64,000 bases of DNA from Rhodospirillales bacterium (GTDB lineage: Bacteria; Pseudomonadota; Alphaproteobacteria; Rhodospirillales; SHVU01). The position numbers and the translations under genes are program-made. A model generated the notes under the pieces. The model made no database searches and was not told where the DNA came from. It was given only the letters and a program-made list of their open reading frames with translations. The stretch's first letter is position 1. Each line of letters begins with the position of its first letter. Below are positions 20,901 to 30,332 of this stretch, piece by piece. The DNA lies in assembly GCA_009691105.1 (NCBI GenBank), contig SHVU01000010.1, positions 129 through 64,128 on the forward strand. Direction: 5' to 3'.

Positions 20901-22724
20901 TCACTCGACGGTGACGCTCTTCGCCAGATTCCGGGGCTGGTCCACGTCGGTCTGCTTCAAGACCGCGGTGTGATAGGCGAGAAGCTGGACTGGAATCGCA
21001 TAGAGGATCGGCGCCACGAACGGGTCGACCTCGGGCAGCGCGATCGTGGCCGCCGCCAGCGACCCGAGCTTCGCAACGCCTTTGGCGTCCGAGAGGAAAA
21101 TGACTTGGCCGCCCCGGGCCACGACTTCCTGAAGGTTCGACGCGGTCTTCTCGAACAACGCATCCGACGGCGCGACGACGATCACCGGCACGTTGGAATC
21201 GATCAGCGCGATCGGCCCGTGCTTCATCTCGCCGGCGGCGTAGCCTTCGGCGTGAATGTAGGAAATCTCTTTCAGCTTCAGCGCGCCTTCGAGGGCAATG
21301 GCGTAGCTGGTGCCGCGGCCGAGATAGAGAACATCGCGGGCCTTGGCGACCTTCACGGCGAGATCGCGGATGCGCCCATCGTGGTTCAGGACTTCAGCGG
21401 CACGCGCCGGAACTTCGATCAAAGCTTGCGCGAGCCTGCTTTCGATCGCGGAATCGATAGCGCCCCGCGCCCGGGCCGTCGCGATCGTCAAACAGGCGAG
21501 AACCGTCAGCTGGGTCGTGAAGGCTTTGGTCGAGGCGACGCCGATCTCGGGCCCTGCGACCGTCGGCAGAACTGCGTCTGATTCCCGGGCGATCGTGCTT
21601 TCCGGGACATTGACGATGGAGAGTATCGCTTGATCCTGTTCGCGGGCGTAACGCAGCGCGGCCAGCGAGTCGGCCGTTTCACCAGATTGCGAAATGATTA
21701 GCGCGATACCGCCTTTGGGCATCGCCGCACCGCGATAGCGGAACTCGGAGGCGACATCCACCTCGACGGGAATCCGCGCGATGCTTTCGAGCCAATATTT
21801 CGCGACGATGCCGGCATAGTACGACGTGCCGCACGCAAGGATCGTGATCTTGGTCGCGGCGGCGAGATCGATCGACATGGCCGGCAACGCCACCGAACGG
21901 CTCGCCGGATTGACCAACGCCACGAGCGTGTCGCCGATGACCTGCGGCTGCTCGTAGATTTCCTTCAACATATAATGACGGTGTCCGCCCTTGCCGATGG
22001 CGGTATCGTCAACGGCGCTTGTGCGGATTTCGCGATTGGCGCGGCGGCCGGCGGCATCGAAAATCGTCGCCCCGTCCCGCTTCACGACGACCCAGTCGCC
22101 GTCTTCTAGATAGGCGATACGTCGGGTCAGGGGTGCCAGGGCGAGCGCGTCGGAGCCGAGATACATCTCGCCGTCGCCATAGCCGAGCGCGAGCGGTGCG
22201 CCGCGGCGCGCACCAACCATCAAACCATCGGCACCGGTAAAGACGAGCGCCAGCGAGAACGCACCGTGCAAGCGAGGCAAAACCTCGGCCATCGCTTCTT
22301 CCGGGGTTCGTCCGTCGGCCAACGCCAACGTCATCAGATGCGCAACGATTTCGCTGTCGGTATCGGACGCCACCCGGCATCCCTTGGCGACAACCTCGTC
22401 ACGAAGCTCGCGGAAATTCTCGATGATGCCGTTGTGCACGATTGCGACGCGATCGGTGGCATGAGGATGCGCGTTGCGCTCGCTCGGAACGCCATGGGTC
22501 GCCCAGCGCGTGTGACCGATGCCGGTCAAGCCGGCGAGCGGATCGCGCGTCAATAAAGCCTCGAGATTGATCAGCTTGCCTTCGGCACGGCGGCGCGTGA
22601 TCGAACCGTTCACGACGGTGGCGATGCCGGCCGAATCGTAGCCGCGATATTCGAGGCGTTTGAGGCCCGCGACGAGGCGGGCGGTGACGTCGGCTTTGCC
22701 GACAATACCAATGATGCCGCACAT
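20901..22724 (-). CDS. glmS: Glutamine--fructose-6-phosphate aminotransferase
   Basis: MCGI, EYRGYDSAG, GHTRWATHG, SQSGET, PRNLAKSVTVE. Confidence 0.99.
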   Translation of the reverse strand: MCGIIGIVGKADVTARLVAGLKRLEYRGYDSAGIATVVNGSITRRRAEGKLINLEALLTRDPLAGLTGIGHTRWATHGVPSERNAHPHATDRVAIVHNGIIENFRELRDEVVAKGCRVASDTDSEIVAHLMTLALADGRTPEEAMAEVLPRLHGAFSLALVFTGADGLMVGARRGAPLALGYGDGEMYLGSDALALAPLTRRIAYLEDGDWVVVKRDGATIFDAAGRRANREIRTSAVDDTAIGKGGHRHYMLKEIYEQPQVIGDTLVALVNPASRSVALPAMSIDLAAATKITILACGTSYYAGIVAKYWLESIARIPVEVDVASEFRYRGAAMPKGGIALIISQSGETADSLAALRYAREQDQAILSIVNVPESTIARESDAVLPTVAGPEIGVASTKAFTTQLTVLACLTIATARARGAIDSAIESRLAQALIEVPARAAEVLNHDGRIRDLAVKVAKARDVLYLGRGTSYAIALEGALKLKEISYIHAEGYAAGEMKHGPIALIDSNVPVIVVAPSDALFEKTASNLQEVVARGGQVIFLSDAKGVAKLGSLAAATIALPEVDPFVAPILYAIPVQLLAYHTAVLKQTDVDQPRNLAKSVTVE

Positions 22725-22731
22725 CGTGGCG

Positions 22732-24105
22732 TTACCGCTTGGTCTTCGTCGTCTTCGGACGTTTCGCCCCGCCTTTGGCGCGACCGGCGCGGAAGCGCTT
22801 GGCGCCGCCGGCCAGCATCTTCAACGGCGCGCGCGTCATCGCAATCGCGTCATCGGGGATATCGCTGGAGATGACCGAGCCCGCCCCAACAATGGCCCGC
22901 GCCCCGATCCGCACCGGGGCGACCAAGGCGGCGTTCGATCCGATGAACGCACCGGCGCCGATTTCGGTTCGGTGCTTGGCGAAGCCATCATAATTGCAGG
23001 TGATGGTGCCGGCGCCGATGTTGGCCGCGGCCCCAACTTCGGAATCGCCGATATAAGCCAGGTGATTGGCCTTAGCGCCCTTGCCGAGTTTCGCGGCTTT
23101 GATTTCGACGAAGTTCCCGACGTGCGCGTCTTCGCCGATGGCGGCACCGGGACGAAGCCGGGCAAACGGACCAATCCGCGCGCCCGTCGCCACCGTCGCG
23201 CCCTCGATATGCGAAAACGACAGAATGGTGACGCCGTCCGCGATTGTGACGCCCGGACCGAACACGACATGCGGATGCACCGTCACGTCACGGCCAAGCT
23301 TGGTGTCATGGGAGAAATAGACGCTCGCCGGATCGACGAGGGTCGCACCCCCGGCCATGGCTTGCGCCCGCAATCGATTCTGCGCCACGGCTTCCGCCGC
23401 AGCGAGATCGGCCCGTGAATTGATGCCCAACAATTCCTCCGCCGGTCCCTCGACGGCGACGCAAGTTCGCCCATCGCGCCGGGCCAACCCGACGATATCG
23501 GTCAGATAGTACTCACCTTGGGCGTTCTTCGGCGAAATCCGATGGAGCAGCGAAAAGAGTAGATCTTTTTCGACAGCGACCACCCCGGAATTGCAGAGAT
23601 CGAGTTTTAGGGTTTCCGCATCGGCATCGCGGGCCTCGACGATTTGCTCGAGCGTACCGTCACGACCGAGTACCAAGCGGGCGTAACTGCCGGGCGTTTC
23701 GTGACGAAATCCGAGGACGACGACGGCCGGTGCCGGCTTGCGGCGCTTCGCGGCCATAACCCGCCGCAGCGTGTCCGCGCCGAGGAACGGCGTGTCGCCG
23801 AAAATCACGACGACGTCGCCTTTGAATCCGGCCAAGGCCTTTTTCGCCGCCATCACGGCGTGACCAGTGCCGAGCGGCGGCGACTGGAGTGCCGTTCGAT
23901 GCGGGGCGACGGCCTGGACCAGATCGTCCATGCCTTTGCCGACGACGACGACGGTGAGCTCCGGCTTGAGCGCCGCGGCCGCGGTCATGACGTAATCGAT
24001 GGTCGAGCGCCCGGCAATCGGATGCATGACTTTGGACACCTGCGTCTTCATGCGACTGGCGCGACCGGCGGCGAGAACGACAGCGGCGATGGCCGATTTC
24101 TTCAT
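22732..24105 (-). CDS. glmU: Bifunctional UDP-GlcNAc diphosphorylase/glucosamine-1-P acetyltransferase
   Basis: LAAG..SRMK, GTGHA, GEYYLTD, GNFVEIK, GAGTITCNYDG; start ATG 24105. Confidence 0.96.
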   Translation of the reverse strand: MKKSAIAAVVLAAGRASRMKTQVSKVMHPIAGRSTIDYVMTAAAALKPELTVVVVGKGMDDLVQAVAPHRTALQSPPLGTGHAVMAAKKALAGFKGDVVVIFGDTPFLGADTLRRVMAAKRRKPAPAVVVLGFRHETPGSYARLVLGRDGTLEQIVEARDADAETLKLDLCNSGVVAVEKDLLFSLLHRISPKNAQGEYYLTDIVGLARRDGRTCVAVEGPAEELLGINSRADLAAAEAVAQNRLRAQAMAGGATLVDPASVYFSHDTKLGRDVTVHPHVVFGPGVTIADGVTILSFSHIEGATVATGARIGPFARLRPGAAIGEDAHVGNFVEIKAAKLGKGAKANHLAYIGDSEVGAAANIGAGTITCNYDGFAKHRTEIGAGAFIGSNAALVAPVRIGARAIVGAGSVISSDIPDDAIAMTRAPLKMLAGGAKRFRAGRAKGGAKRPKTTKTKR

Positions 24106-24198
24106 GGCCCGAGGGTTTACAAGATGCTCGGCCTTCGGGGAAGGCCCGCCCTCTTCACGGCTGGTTTCAGATCGTTGCACCCGGACTCCGGCGATTCC

Positions 24199-24228
24199 TT
24201 GACAACCCCCGTGGGCCCCACCCTAAAT
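24199..24228 (+). promoter_or_regulatory. Candidate sigma70 promoter for tRNA-Val
   Basis: TTGACA at 24199-24204, CTAAAT about 18 bp downstream, then a GC-rich discriminator. Confidence 0.5.
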
Positions 24229-24256
24229 GGCGCGCTTCGGCGGGTCGCCGGCACAT

Positions 24257-24331
24257 GGGCGCGTAGCTCAGCGGGAGAGCATTCGCCTCACACGCGAGAG
24301 GTCGCTGGTTCGATCCCAGCCGCGCCCACCA
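24257..24331 (+). tRNA. tRNA-Val (CAC)
   Basis: GGGCGCGTAGCTCAGCGGGAGAGCATTCGCCTCACACGCGAGAGGTCGCTGGTTCGATCCCAGCCGCGCCCACCA; anticodon loop CT-CAC-AC. Confidence 0.96.
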
Positions 24332-24355
24332 GCCGCATCCCGCGAGAGTTGCCCC

Positions 24356-26206
24356 ATGGCGACGCGCAAGACCCCTACCTGGACGTGTCGTTTCGAGAGG
24401 CCGGCCAGAAAAATCTGGCCCGTCCTTGCCGATACCGGCCGATTCAACGAAGCCGCCGGCCTCCCCAAGCACGAGATCATCGAAATCCCCCAGGACGACG
24501 GGTCGATTCGATTAGTTGGCCGCCTCAAGAAGGGTCCCTTCACGATCGAATGGGACGACGGCCCGGCGAATTGGGTCAGCGAACAGTGGTTCCGCCACGA
24601 CCGCCGCTTTCGCAACGGCCCCTTCAAATTTCTGGGCGCAACCCTGAAGTTCTTCCCCGAGGGCAACGGCTGTCGCGGCGAATATACCGTCGAGGTCGAA
24701 GCCGGGAACTGGCTTGGCAGCCTAGCTTTGGCGACGACGTTTTTTCCGAACACCGGACGGAAGTTCGCGAAGCTCGCCCGCAACGCCGACGAATTCGCCA
24801 TGGGCCGGCGCGACACCGAATTCGACGCGCTCCCGCCTCAGCTTGCCGACGGCGCGACGGAACGTGCGGCGCGACTGGTTGCGGCAATCGACGCGACGCC
24901 GCACAACCACGGCCTCGCCCGCCGCCTCGCCGATTACGTCCTGACCCGCCAAGAAATCGAGATCGCATCGATCCGACCGTTGAAACTTGCCCGGCTTTGG
25001 CGAGCCCCGGAGCGCGACGCCATCGAGGTTTGCCTGGAAGCCGCCAAACAAGGACTCCTCTCCATGCGCTGGGATTTGCTCTGCCCGCGCTGTCAGGTCG
25101 GCAAGGCGGCGACGCTCGCCATGGATGAATTGCCGACGGGCGCGCATTGCGGGTCCTGCAACATCGACTACGGCCGCGAATACGCGCGCAACATCGAGGT
25201 CGTGTTCTATCCGGCGCCGACGATCCGCACCGTTACCGGCGGCGACTATTGCCTGTTCGGGCCGATGAGCACGCCGCACATCAAGATTCACGTGACGCTG
25301 GCGCCGGGCGAACGCCGCGAGGTCGAGATCGGACTCGAGCCCGGCAACTATCGTTTGCGCACCCTCGAGGCCGGCGACGAAGCCATCGTCGAGTGGGACG
25401 GCGGCTGGTTCCCCGAAGTGATCGTCGACGGTGCCACCTTCATCGCCGGACCGCCGACGGCGCCGGGCTGCGTCCGTCTGCACAACCGATCCGCCAAGCC
25501 GCGGACGTTGATCGTCGAGGAACGCATCTGGCGCCGCGACGCCCTGACCGGTGATCGGGCGATTGCGCTGCAGGCCTTCCGCGATCTCTTCGCGAGCGAG
25601 GCTCTGCGCCCCGGCGCCGACATCGCCATCGAGGCGGTGACGCTGATGTTCACCGACTTCAAAGGATCGACCGCGCTCTACAACCGGATTGGCGATCCGC
25701 AGGCCTATGCCTTGGTGCGCGAGCACTACGCGATCATCGGCCGGGCAGTGCGCGACAACAACGGCACCGTTGTGAAGACCATCGGCGACGCCGTCATGGG
25801 CGCCTTCACCGATCCGGTCGACGCGCTGAAAGCCGCGATCCGGATGCACGCCGATCTCGCCGCGTATAATCAGACGTCCGGCAAAGACCCGATCACCATC
25901 AAGCTCGGCCTGCATCTCGGCCGTTGCATCGCCGTCACCCTCAACGGCCGCCTCGATTACTACGGCGCGGCGGCGAACAAAGCGGCGCGCCTCGAAGGGC
26001 AATCACTCGGCGGCGACATCGTGTTGTCCGACGACTTCGTCAAAGACCCCGGCTTGAAAGAGATGCTCGCCGGGTTTTCGCCAATGGAAGGCCGCGCCCC
26101 TCTCAAGGGCTTCGACACTGACGCCGTCTTCTTCCGCCTCACCGCCAAAGAACTCGCGGCGAAGCGTCACGCGACCGCAATCCCGATACGCCCACCGAAC
26201 GCGTGA
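24356..26206 (+). CDS. Class III adenylate cyclase with N-terminal SRPBCC-like and DUF5939-like (CxxC...CxxC) domains
   Basis: Cyclase motifs FTD.KGST, VKTIGDAVM, RLDYYG..ANKAARLEG; CPRC and CGSC; no TM segments. Confidence 0.85.
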   Translation: MATRKTPTWTCRFERPARKIWPVLADTGRFNEAAGLPKHEIIEIPQDDGSIRLVGRLKKGPFTIEWDDGPANWVSEQWFRHDRRFRNGPFKFLGATLKFFPEGNGCRGEYTVEVEAGNWLGSLALATTFFPNTGRKFAKLARNADEFAMGRRDTEFDALPPQLADGATERAARLVAAIDATPHNHGLARRLADYVLTRQEIEIASIRPLKLARLWRAPERDAIEVCLEAAKQGLLSMRWDLLCPRCQVGKAATLAMDELPTGAHCGSCNIDYGREYARNIEVVFYPAPTIRTVTGGDYCLFGPMSTPHIKIHVTLAPGERREVEIGLEPGNYRLRTLEAGDEAIVEWDGGWFPEVIVDGATFIAGPPTAPGCVRLHNRSAKPRTLIVEERIWRRDALTGDRAIALQAFRDLFASEALRPGADIAIEAVTLMFTDFKGSTALYNRIGDPQAYALVREHYAIIGRAVRDNNGTVVKTIGDAVMGAFTDPVDALKAAIRMHADLAAYNQTSGKDPITIKLGLHLGRCIAVTLNGRLDYYGAAANKAARLEGQSLGGDIVLSDDFVKDPGLKEMLAGFSPMEGRAPLKGFDTDAVFFRLTAKELAAKRHATAIPIRPPNA

Positions 26207-26208
26207 AA

Positions 26209-27075
26209 TCAGCGTTTCAACACGAGCGTCCGCCAGCCTTCGCGATCGTAGCGGCGAAGCAGCCGTAGTCCCAGATCGCGGTAGGGGACGACGACGAAGG
26301 CCTCGTCGGTCGCACTGAAACCGCCGAGCATCATAATTCCGCCCGGAGCCAAGCGCCGGACCAACGGTCGGGAGAGATGGCGGAGTGGCCGGGCAAACAC
26401 GTTGGCGACGATCAGATCGAACCGTGGTCCCCGCGCCGCAGCTCCGGTGGCGACGCCATCGGCGACCTCGGCCCGGACCCACGCCGCGACGCGATTTTGA
26501 CGGGCGTTGATACGGGCAACGCGCACCGCTTCGGGATCGATATCGACGGCCAGGACCGGAATGCGCCAGGTCCGCGCCATGGCCAGCGCCAGAATGCCGG
26601 ACCCGGTGCCGAGATCGAGCGGGCGGGTAATCCGCCGCCGTCGCGCCAGATCGTCGATCCCTTCAAGACAGCCGACGGTCGAGCCGTGACGACCCGAGCC
26701 GAACGCGGTGCCGGGATCGATCTCGATAACGATACGGCCAGGCGATGTCAGGCCGCGGTCATGGGACGCGTGGACAAAAAAGCGGCCGACGGCGATCGGC
26801 GCGAAGCTTCGTTGGTTTTCCGCAACCCAATCGCGAACCCGCACCGGTTCTAGCGCGTACGTTAGATGCGCGTCGGGCGGCAGCGCGGCGAGACGCGCAA
26901 TCACCGCGTCTTCGTCCAATCCGCCCTCGGCATAGGCTTCGACGGTCCATCCGACTCCGTCCGCGCCGGCCCGCGACGCCACGTGAAAGCCGAGCGAAGC
27001 CAGCACCGTTTCGATAGCGTCTACTGTTGCACGCGTCGCATCGATGACGACACGCCAAAGAGGGGCTGTGGCCAC
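26209..27075 (-). CDS. prmA: Ribosomal protein L11 methyltransferase
   Basis: DW, IDPGTAFGSGRH.ST, LDLGTGSGILA, FDLIVAN. Confidence 0.9.
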   Translation of the reverse strand: MATAPLWRVVIDATRATVDAIETVLASLGFHVASRAGADGVGWTVEAYAEGGLDEDAVIARLAALPPDAHLTYALEPVRVRDWVAENQRSFAPIAVGRFFVHASHDRGLTSPGRIVIEIDPGTAFGSGRHGSTVGCLEGIDDLARRRRITRPLDLGTGSGILALAMARTWRIPVLAVDIDPEAVRVARINARQNRVAAWVRAEVADGVATGAAARGPRFDLIVANVFARPLRHLSRPLVRRLAPGGIMMLGGFSATDEAFVVVPYRDLGLRLLRRYDREGWRTLVLKR

Positions 27076-27080
27076 GCCGG

Positions 27081-29318
27081 CTAGGTCGCTTCGACGAAGC
27101 TCGTCATCACCTTCTTGGTGCCGGCTTTCTCGAAGGCGATCTCAAGCTTCGGACCGTCGATGGCGAGGATCCGCCCGTAGCCGAACTTCTGATGGAAAAT
27201 CCGCTGGCCGGTCGCGAAGACGGAGCCGGAGTTGACCGGAGCAAAGCTTGGCGATTCCGGTCCGACCAGACGCAAAGCATGGCGCGGGCGCGGCGCGGCG
27301 AGAACCGGAGCGTCGTCGAAGCGTGACCGTCCTCCGGCCTCGGCCAAAAGTCCCGGCTCGACGAGAGCCTCGACATTGGCGGCCGGAAGCTCGGCGATGA
27401 ACCGGGACGGCAACGGATTCTGCCATTGGTTATAGACGCGACGGCTCCCCACAAAGCTGATGATGGCGCGGCGCTTGGCGCGGGTCAGGCCGACATAGGC
27501 GAGACGACGCTCTTCCTCGAGGCCCTTTGGCCCTTCTTCTTCCAAGGTGCGCTGGTTCGGGAACAGCCCCTCCTCCCAGCCGGGAAGAAACACGGTGTCG
27601 AACTCAAGGCCCTTGGCGCCGTGGAGGGTCATGAGACTCACTTTGTCCGTGCCGGCAGCTTCCTGGTTTTCCATGACCAAGCTAACGTGCTCGAGAAATC
27701 CTTGCAGGTTCTCGAACTCGGCCAGCGCCGCGATCAGCTCCTTTAAGTTCTCGAGCCGGCCCGGAGCTTCGGGCGTCTTGGCCTGGCGCCACATCGCGGT
27801 GTAGCCGGATTCGTCCAAGACCTGCGCGGCAAGATCGGCATGCGCAATGGTCGCAAGCTGCGATCGCCACCGCGCCATATCGCCAAGCAGGCGAATGAAC
27901 GTGGCGCGCGGCTGCGGCTTGAGTTCGTCGGTCTCGACCAGGCGCGCGACGGCCATGGTCAGAGGAATCTTTTCGGCGCGGGCGAACTCGTGGACCGTGC
28001 GAAAGGTCGTGTCGCCAAGACCGCGTTTCGGAACATTGGCGATCCGCTCGAACGCCAGATCGTCGGCGGGCTGCACGATAACGCGCAAATAGGCGACGGC
28101 GTCGCGGATTTCCTGGCGCTCGTAGAATCGCGGCCCGCCGACTACGCGGTACGGAACGCCCAGCGTGATCAAGCGCTCTTCGAATTCGCGGGTTTGGAAA
28201 CCGGCGCGCACAAGAATGGCGATACCGCTCAACGGCTCACCCTTGGTTTGGCGCGATTCGATCTCATCACCGATGAAACGGGCTTCGTCCTCGCCGTCCC
28301 AGAGCCCAACGACCCGCACCGGCTCGCCTTCGGCGGACTCGGTCCACAGCGTCTTACCGAGACGGCCTTGGTTATGCGCGATCAGCTCCGATGCGGCAGC
28401 GAGGATATGCGGCGTCGAGCGATAGTTGCGCTCCAACCGAATAACTGTGGCGCCCAGAAAATCGGCCTCGAAGCGCAGGATGTTGCCGATCTCGGCGCCG
28501 CGCCAGGAATAGATCGACTGATCGTCGTCACCGACGCAGCAGAGATTGCGATGCGCCTGGGCGAGAAGACGTAGCCACAGGTATTGCGAGACGTTGGTGT
28601 CCTGATACTCGTCGACCAGGATGTAGCGAAACTGCTGCTGATAGCGCGCCAAGACGTCTGGCTGCTTCTGAAAGAGCGTGATGACGTGAAGCAGCAGATC
28701 GCCAAAGTCGCAGGCGTTCAGGGTCGCAAGACGCTCCTGATAGTCCGTGTAAAGACGGAGCGCCTGACCATCGGCGATCTTAGCCCCTTCAACGGCGGAG
28801 ACCTTGTCCGGGGTCAGGCCGCGATCCTTCCAGCGCGAGATGGCGGCCTGAAGGGCCCGAGGCGGCCAGCGTTTCTCATCGATCTCGTGGGATTCGAGGA
28901 GCTGCTTGAGGAGACGCAGCTGGTCATCCTGATCGAGAATCGAGAAGTTCGGCTTCAAGCCGATCGCCTCGGCATGAGCCCGCAGGATCCGAGCACTCAA
29001 GGCGTGGAACGTACCGATCCACCACCCTTCGACCGCCCGGCCAAAGAGGCGCGCGGCGCGCTCCCGCATTTCGGCGGCGGCTTTGTTGGTGAAAGTAACG
29101 GCCAAGACCTCCCAGGGTCGGGCCTTGCCTTCGAGCAGAAGATGGACGAAACGGGTCGTAAGGACGCGGGTCTTGCCCGTCCCGGCGCCGGCCAGCACCA
29201 GCACAGGCCCATCGGTCGCCAGCACAGCATCGCGCTGGCGATCGTTCAAGCCTTCTAGATAGCTGCGGTTTGGTTCCGTTGAGGCGGCCAAATGGTCCGC
29301 CTCATGCGACTCGATCAT
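27081..29318 (-). CDS. uvrD: UvrD/PcrA SF1 DNA helicase
   Basis: AGAGTGKT, TFTNKAA, VDEYQD, GDDDQSIY, TLHGAKGLEF, EERRLAYVGLTRA, C-terminal HQKFG Tudor-like domain. Confidence 0.96.
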   Translation of the reverse strand: MIESHEADHLAASTEPNRSYLEGLNDRQRDAVLATDGPVLVLAGAGTGKTRVLTTRFVHLLLEGKARPWEVLAVTFTNKAAAEMRERAARLFGRAVEGWWIGTFHALSARILRAHAEAIGLKPNFSILDQDDQLRLLKQLLESHEIDEKRWPPRALQAAISRWKDRGLTPDKVSAVEGAKIADGQALRLYTDYQERLATLNACDFGDLLLHVITLFQKQPDVLARYQQQFRYILVDEYQDTNVSQYLWLRLLAQAHRNLCCVGDDDQSIYSWRGAEIGNILRFEADFLGATVIRLERNYRSTPHILAAASELIAHNQGRLGKTLWTESAEGEPVRVVGLWDGEDEARFIGDEIESRQTKGEPLSGIAILVRAGFQTREFEERLITLGVPYRVVGGPRFYERQEIRDAVAYLRVIVQPADDLAFERIANVPKRGLGDTTFRTVHEFARAEKIPLTMAVARLVETDELKPQPRATFIRLLGDMARWRSQLATIAHADLAAQVLDESGYTAMWRQAKTPEAPGRLENLKELIAALAEFENLQGFLEHVSLVMENQEAAGTDKVSLMTLHGAKGLEFDTVFLPGWEEGLFPNQRTLEEEGPKGLEEERRLAYVGLTRAKRRAIISFVGSRRVYNQWQNPLPSRFIAELPAANVEALVEPGLLAEAGGRSRFDDAPVLAAPRPRHALRLVGPESPSFAPVNSGSVFATGQRIFHQKFGYGRILAIDGPKLEIAFEKAGTKKVMTSFVEAT

Positions 29319-29396
29319 GACGGAACTATAGGTGCAGGTCGGACGCGATGCCAGCGCACCGCGTCTCGCACCTTCGCGCGATGCGATTCGCGGCGG

Positions 29397-29771
29397 CTAT
29401 TTCTTTTTCCGGGTCGTCGCGAGGAGTGCCAGAAAATCCTGACGCGCGTCTTCGGGCATCGCGTAACGCTGGAAAATTTGCTCGGCCTCGCGCTCCGCAG
29501 CCGAGGAACCTGCCGGCGTCGTTATCGCCGACGGCGACGGAGCAATACGAACGCCCACACCGTGTGGATCGGCGGTCACGACAACGCCGGCCGCGCCGAG
29601 CGCGTTTTGGATCGCCGTCAAATTGTTGGGAAAGGGCGTGCGCGCGCCGCGTTCGAAATCCGCGACGGTTTGCTTGGCGACGTTGGCGTGCTTGGCAAGT
29701 TCAGCTTGATTCCAGCCGGCCAACGCCCGCGCCGCCTTGCACAGCTTGCCCGTAAATCGCGCGTCATCCAT
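29397..29771 (-). CDS. XRE-family helix-turn-helix regulator
   Basis: CKAARALAGWNQAELAKHANVAKQTVADFERGAR, with a C-terminal extension. Confidence 0.88.
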   Translation of the reverse strand: MDDARFTGKLCKAARALAGWNQAELAKHANVAKQTVADFERGARTPFPNNLTAIQNALGAAGVVVTADPHGVGVRIAPSPSAITTPAGSSAAEREAEQIFQRYAMPEDARQDFLALLATTRKKK

Positions 29772-29779
29772 TCCGACCT

Positions 29780-29820
29780 CAATATTAAATATTGACAATA
29801 TCACACTACCTAAATATAAA
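29780..29820 (+). promoter_or_regulatory. Near-consensus sigma70 promoter overlapped by two perfect palindromes
   Basis: TTGACA (29792-29797)-N17-TATAAA (29815-29820); CAATATT-A-AATATTG (29780-29794) and ATATTG-A-CAATAT (29789-29801); AT-rich island. Confidence 0.75.
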
Positions 29821-29894
29821 TACACGACCTCAGGCTGGTCGTTCAAGCACCGTTTTCTGTCATGTCACCGCTCATCACACACGGAACGCAGGCC

Positions 29895-30215
29895 ATGACC
29901 CGGCTGACGCGGATCCTGATCGCCCTCGCCGCTGGCGCCGCCGCGCTGACGTTGAGCGTCTCCGTCAACGCCGCCGATGCCGCCCCATCCTGTGCCCGAC
30001 GTCCGGCGGTCGTCGACGGGCTAAAGCGGAATTTCGCCGAAGTCCCGGTCGCAGTCGGCTTGCAGGCCGACGGCTCGATGATGGAAGTCTTTGCGTCGCC
30101 AAAGACGGGAAGCTGGACCATCGTCGTCACGCGTCCCAACGGCACAAGCTGCGCGGTCGCCGACGGCGAAAACATCGAAGTACGGCCGGTGTCCGCCCTC
30201 GAATCTGGTAGCTAA
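29895..30215 (+). CDS. Small exported protein with two cysteines, unknown function
   Basis: Signal peptide MTRLTRILIALAAGAAAL..VNA; C..R...L...F.E...GL.....EVFAS..TGSWTIVVT.P.G.SC pattern, which I recall from alphaproteobacterial hypothetical proteins. Confidence 0.8.
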   Translation: MTRLTRILIALAAGAAALTLSVSVNAADAAPSCARRPAVVDGLKRNFAEVPVAVGLQADGSMMEVFASPKTGSWTIVVTRPNGTSCAVADGENIEVRPVSALESGS

Positions 30216-30332
30216 TTAGCGCGCTCGATGTGTGACGGCGCAGACGGGATAGAATCCTAGATTTTTTTGGTGTGCGCTTCCGCCCGGGCGTGGACTTCGG
30301 GTTGGAATCTATGCCATTGGAGTAGCGTGCTC

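Noticed and set aside
20860-20935. glmS 3' end as an attTn7 site
   Set aside because: No Tn7 ends or tns genes follow; the site appears unoccupied.
24257-24356. tRNA-Val as an island integration site
   Set aside because: No integrase nearby, no visible repeat of the tRNA 3' end, and downstream genes are core (prmA, uvrD).
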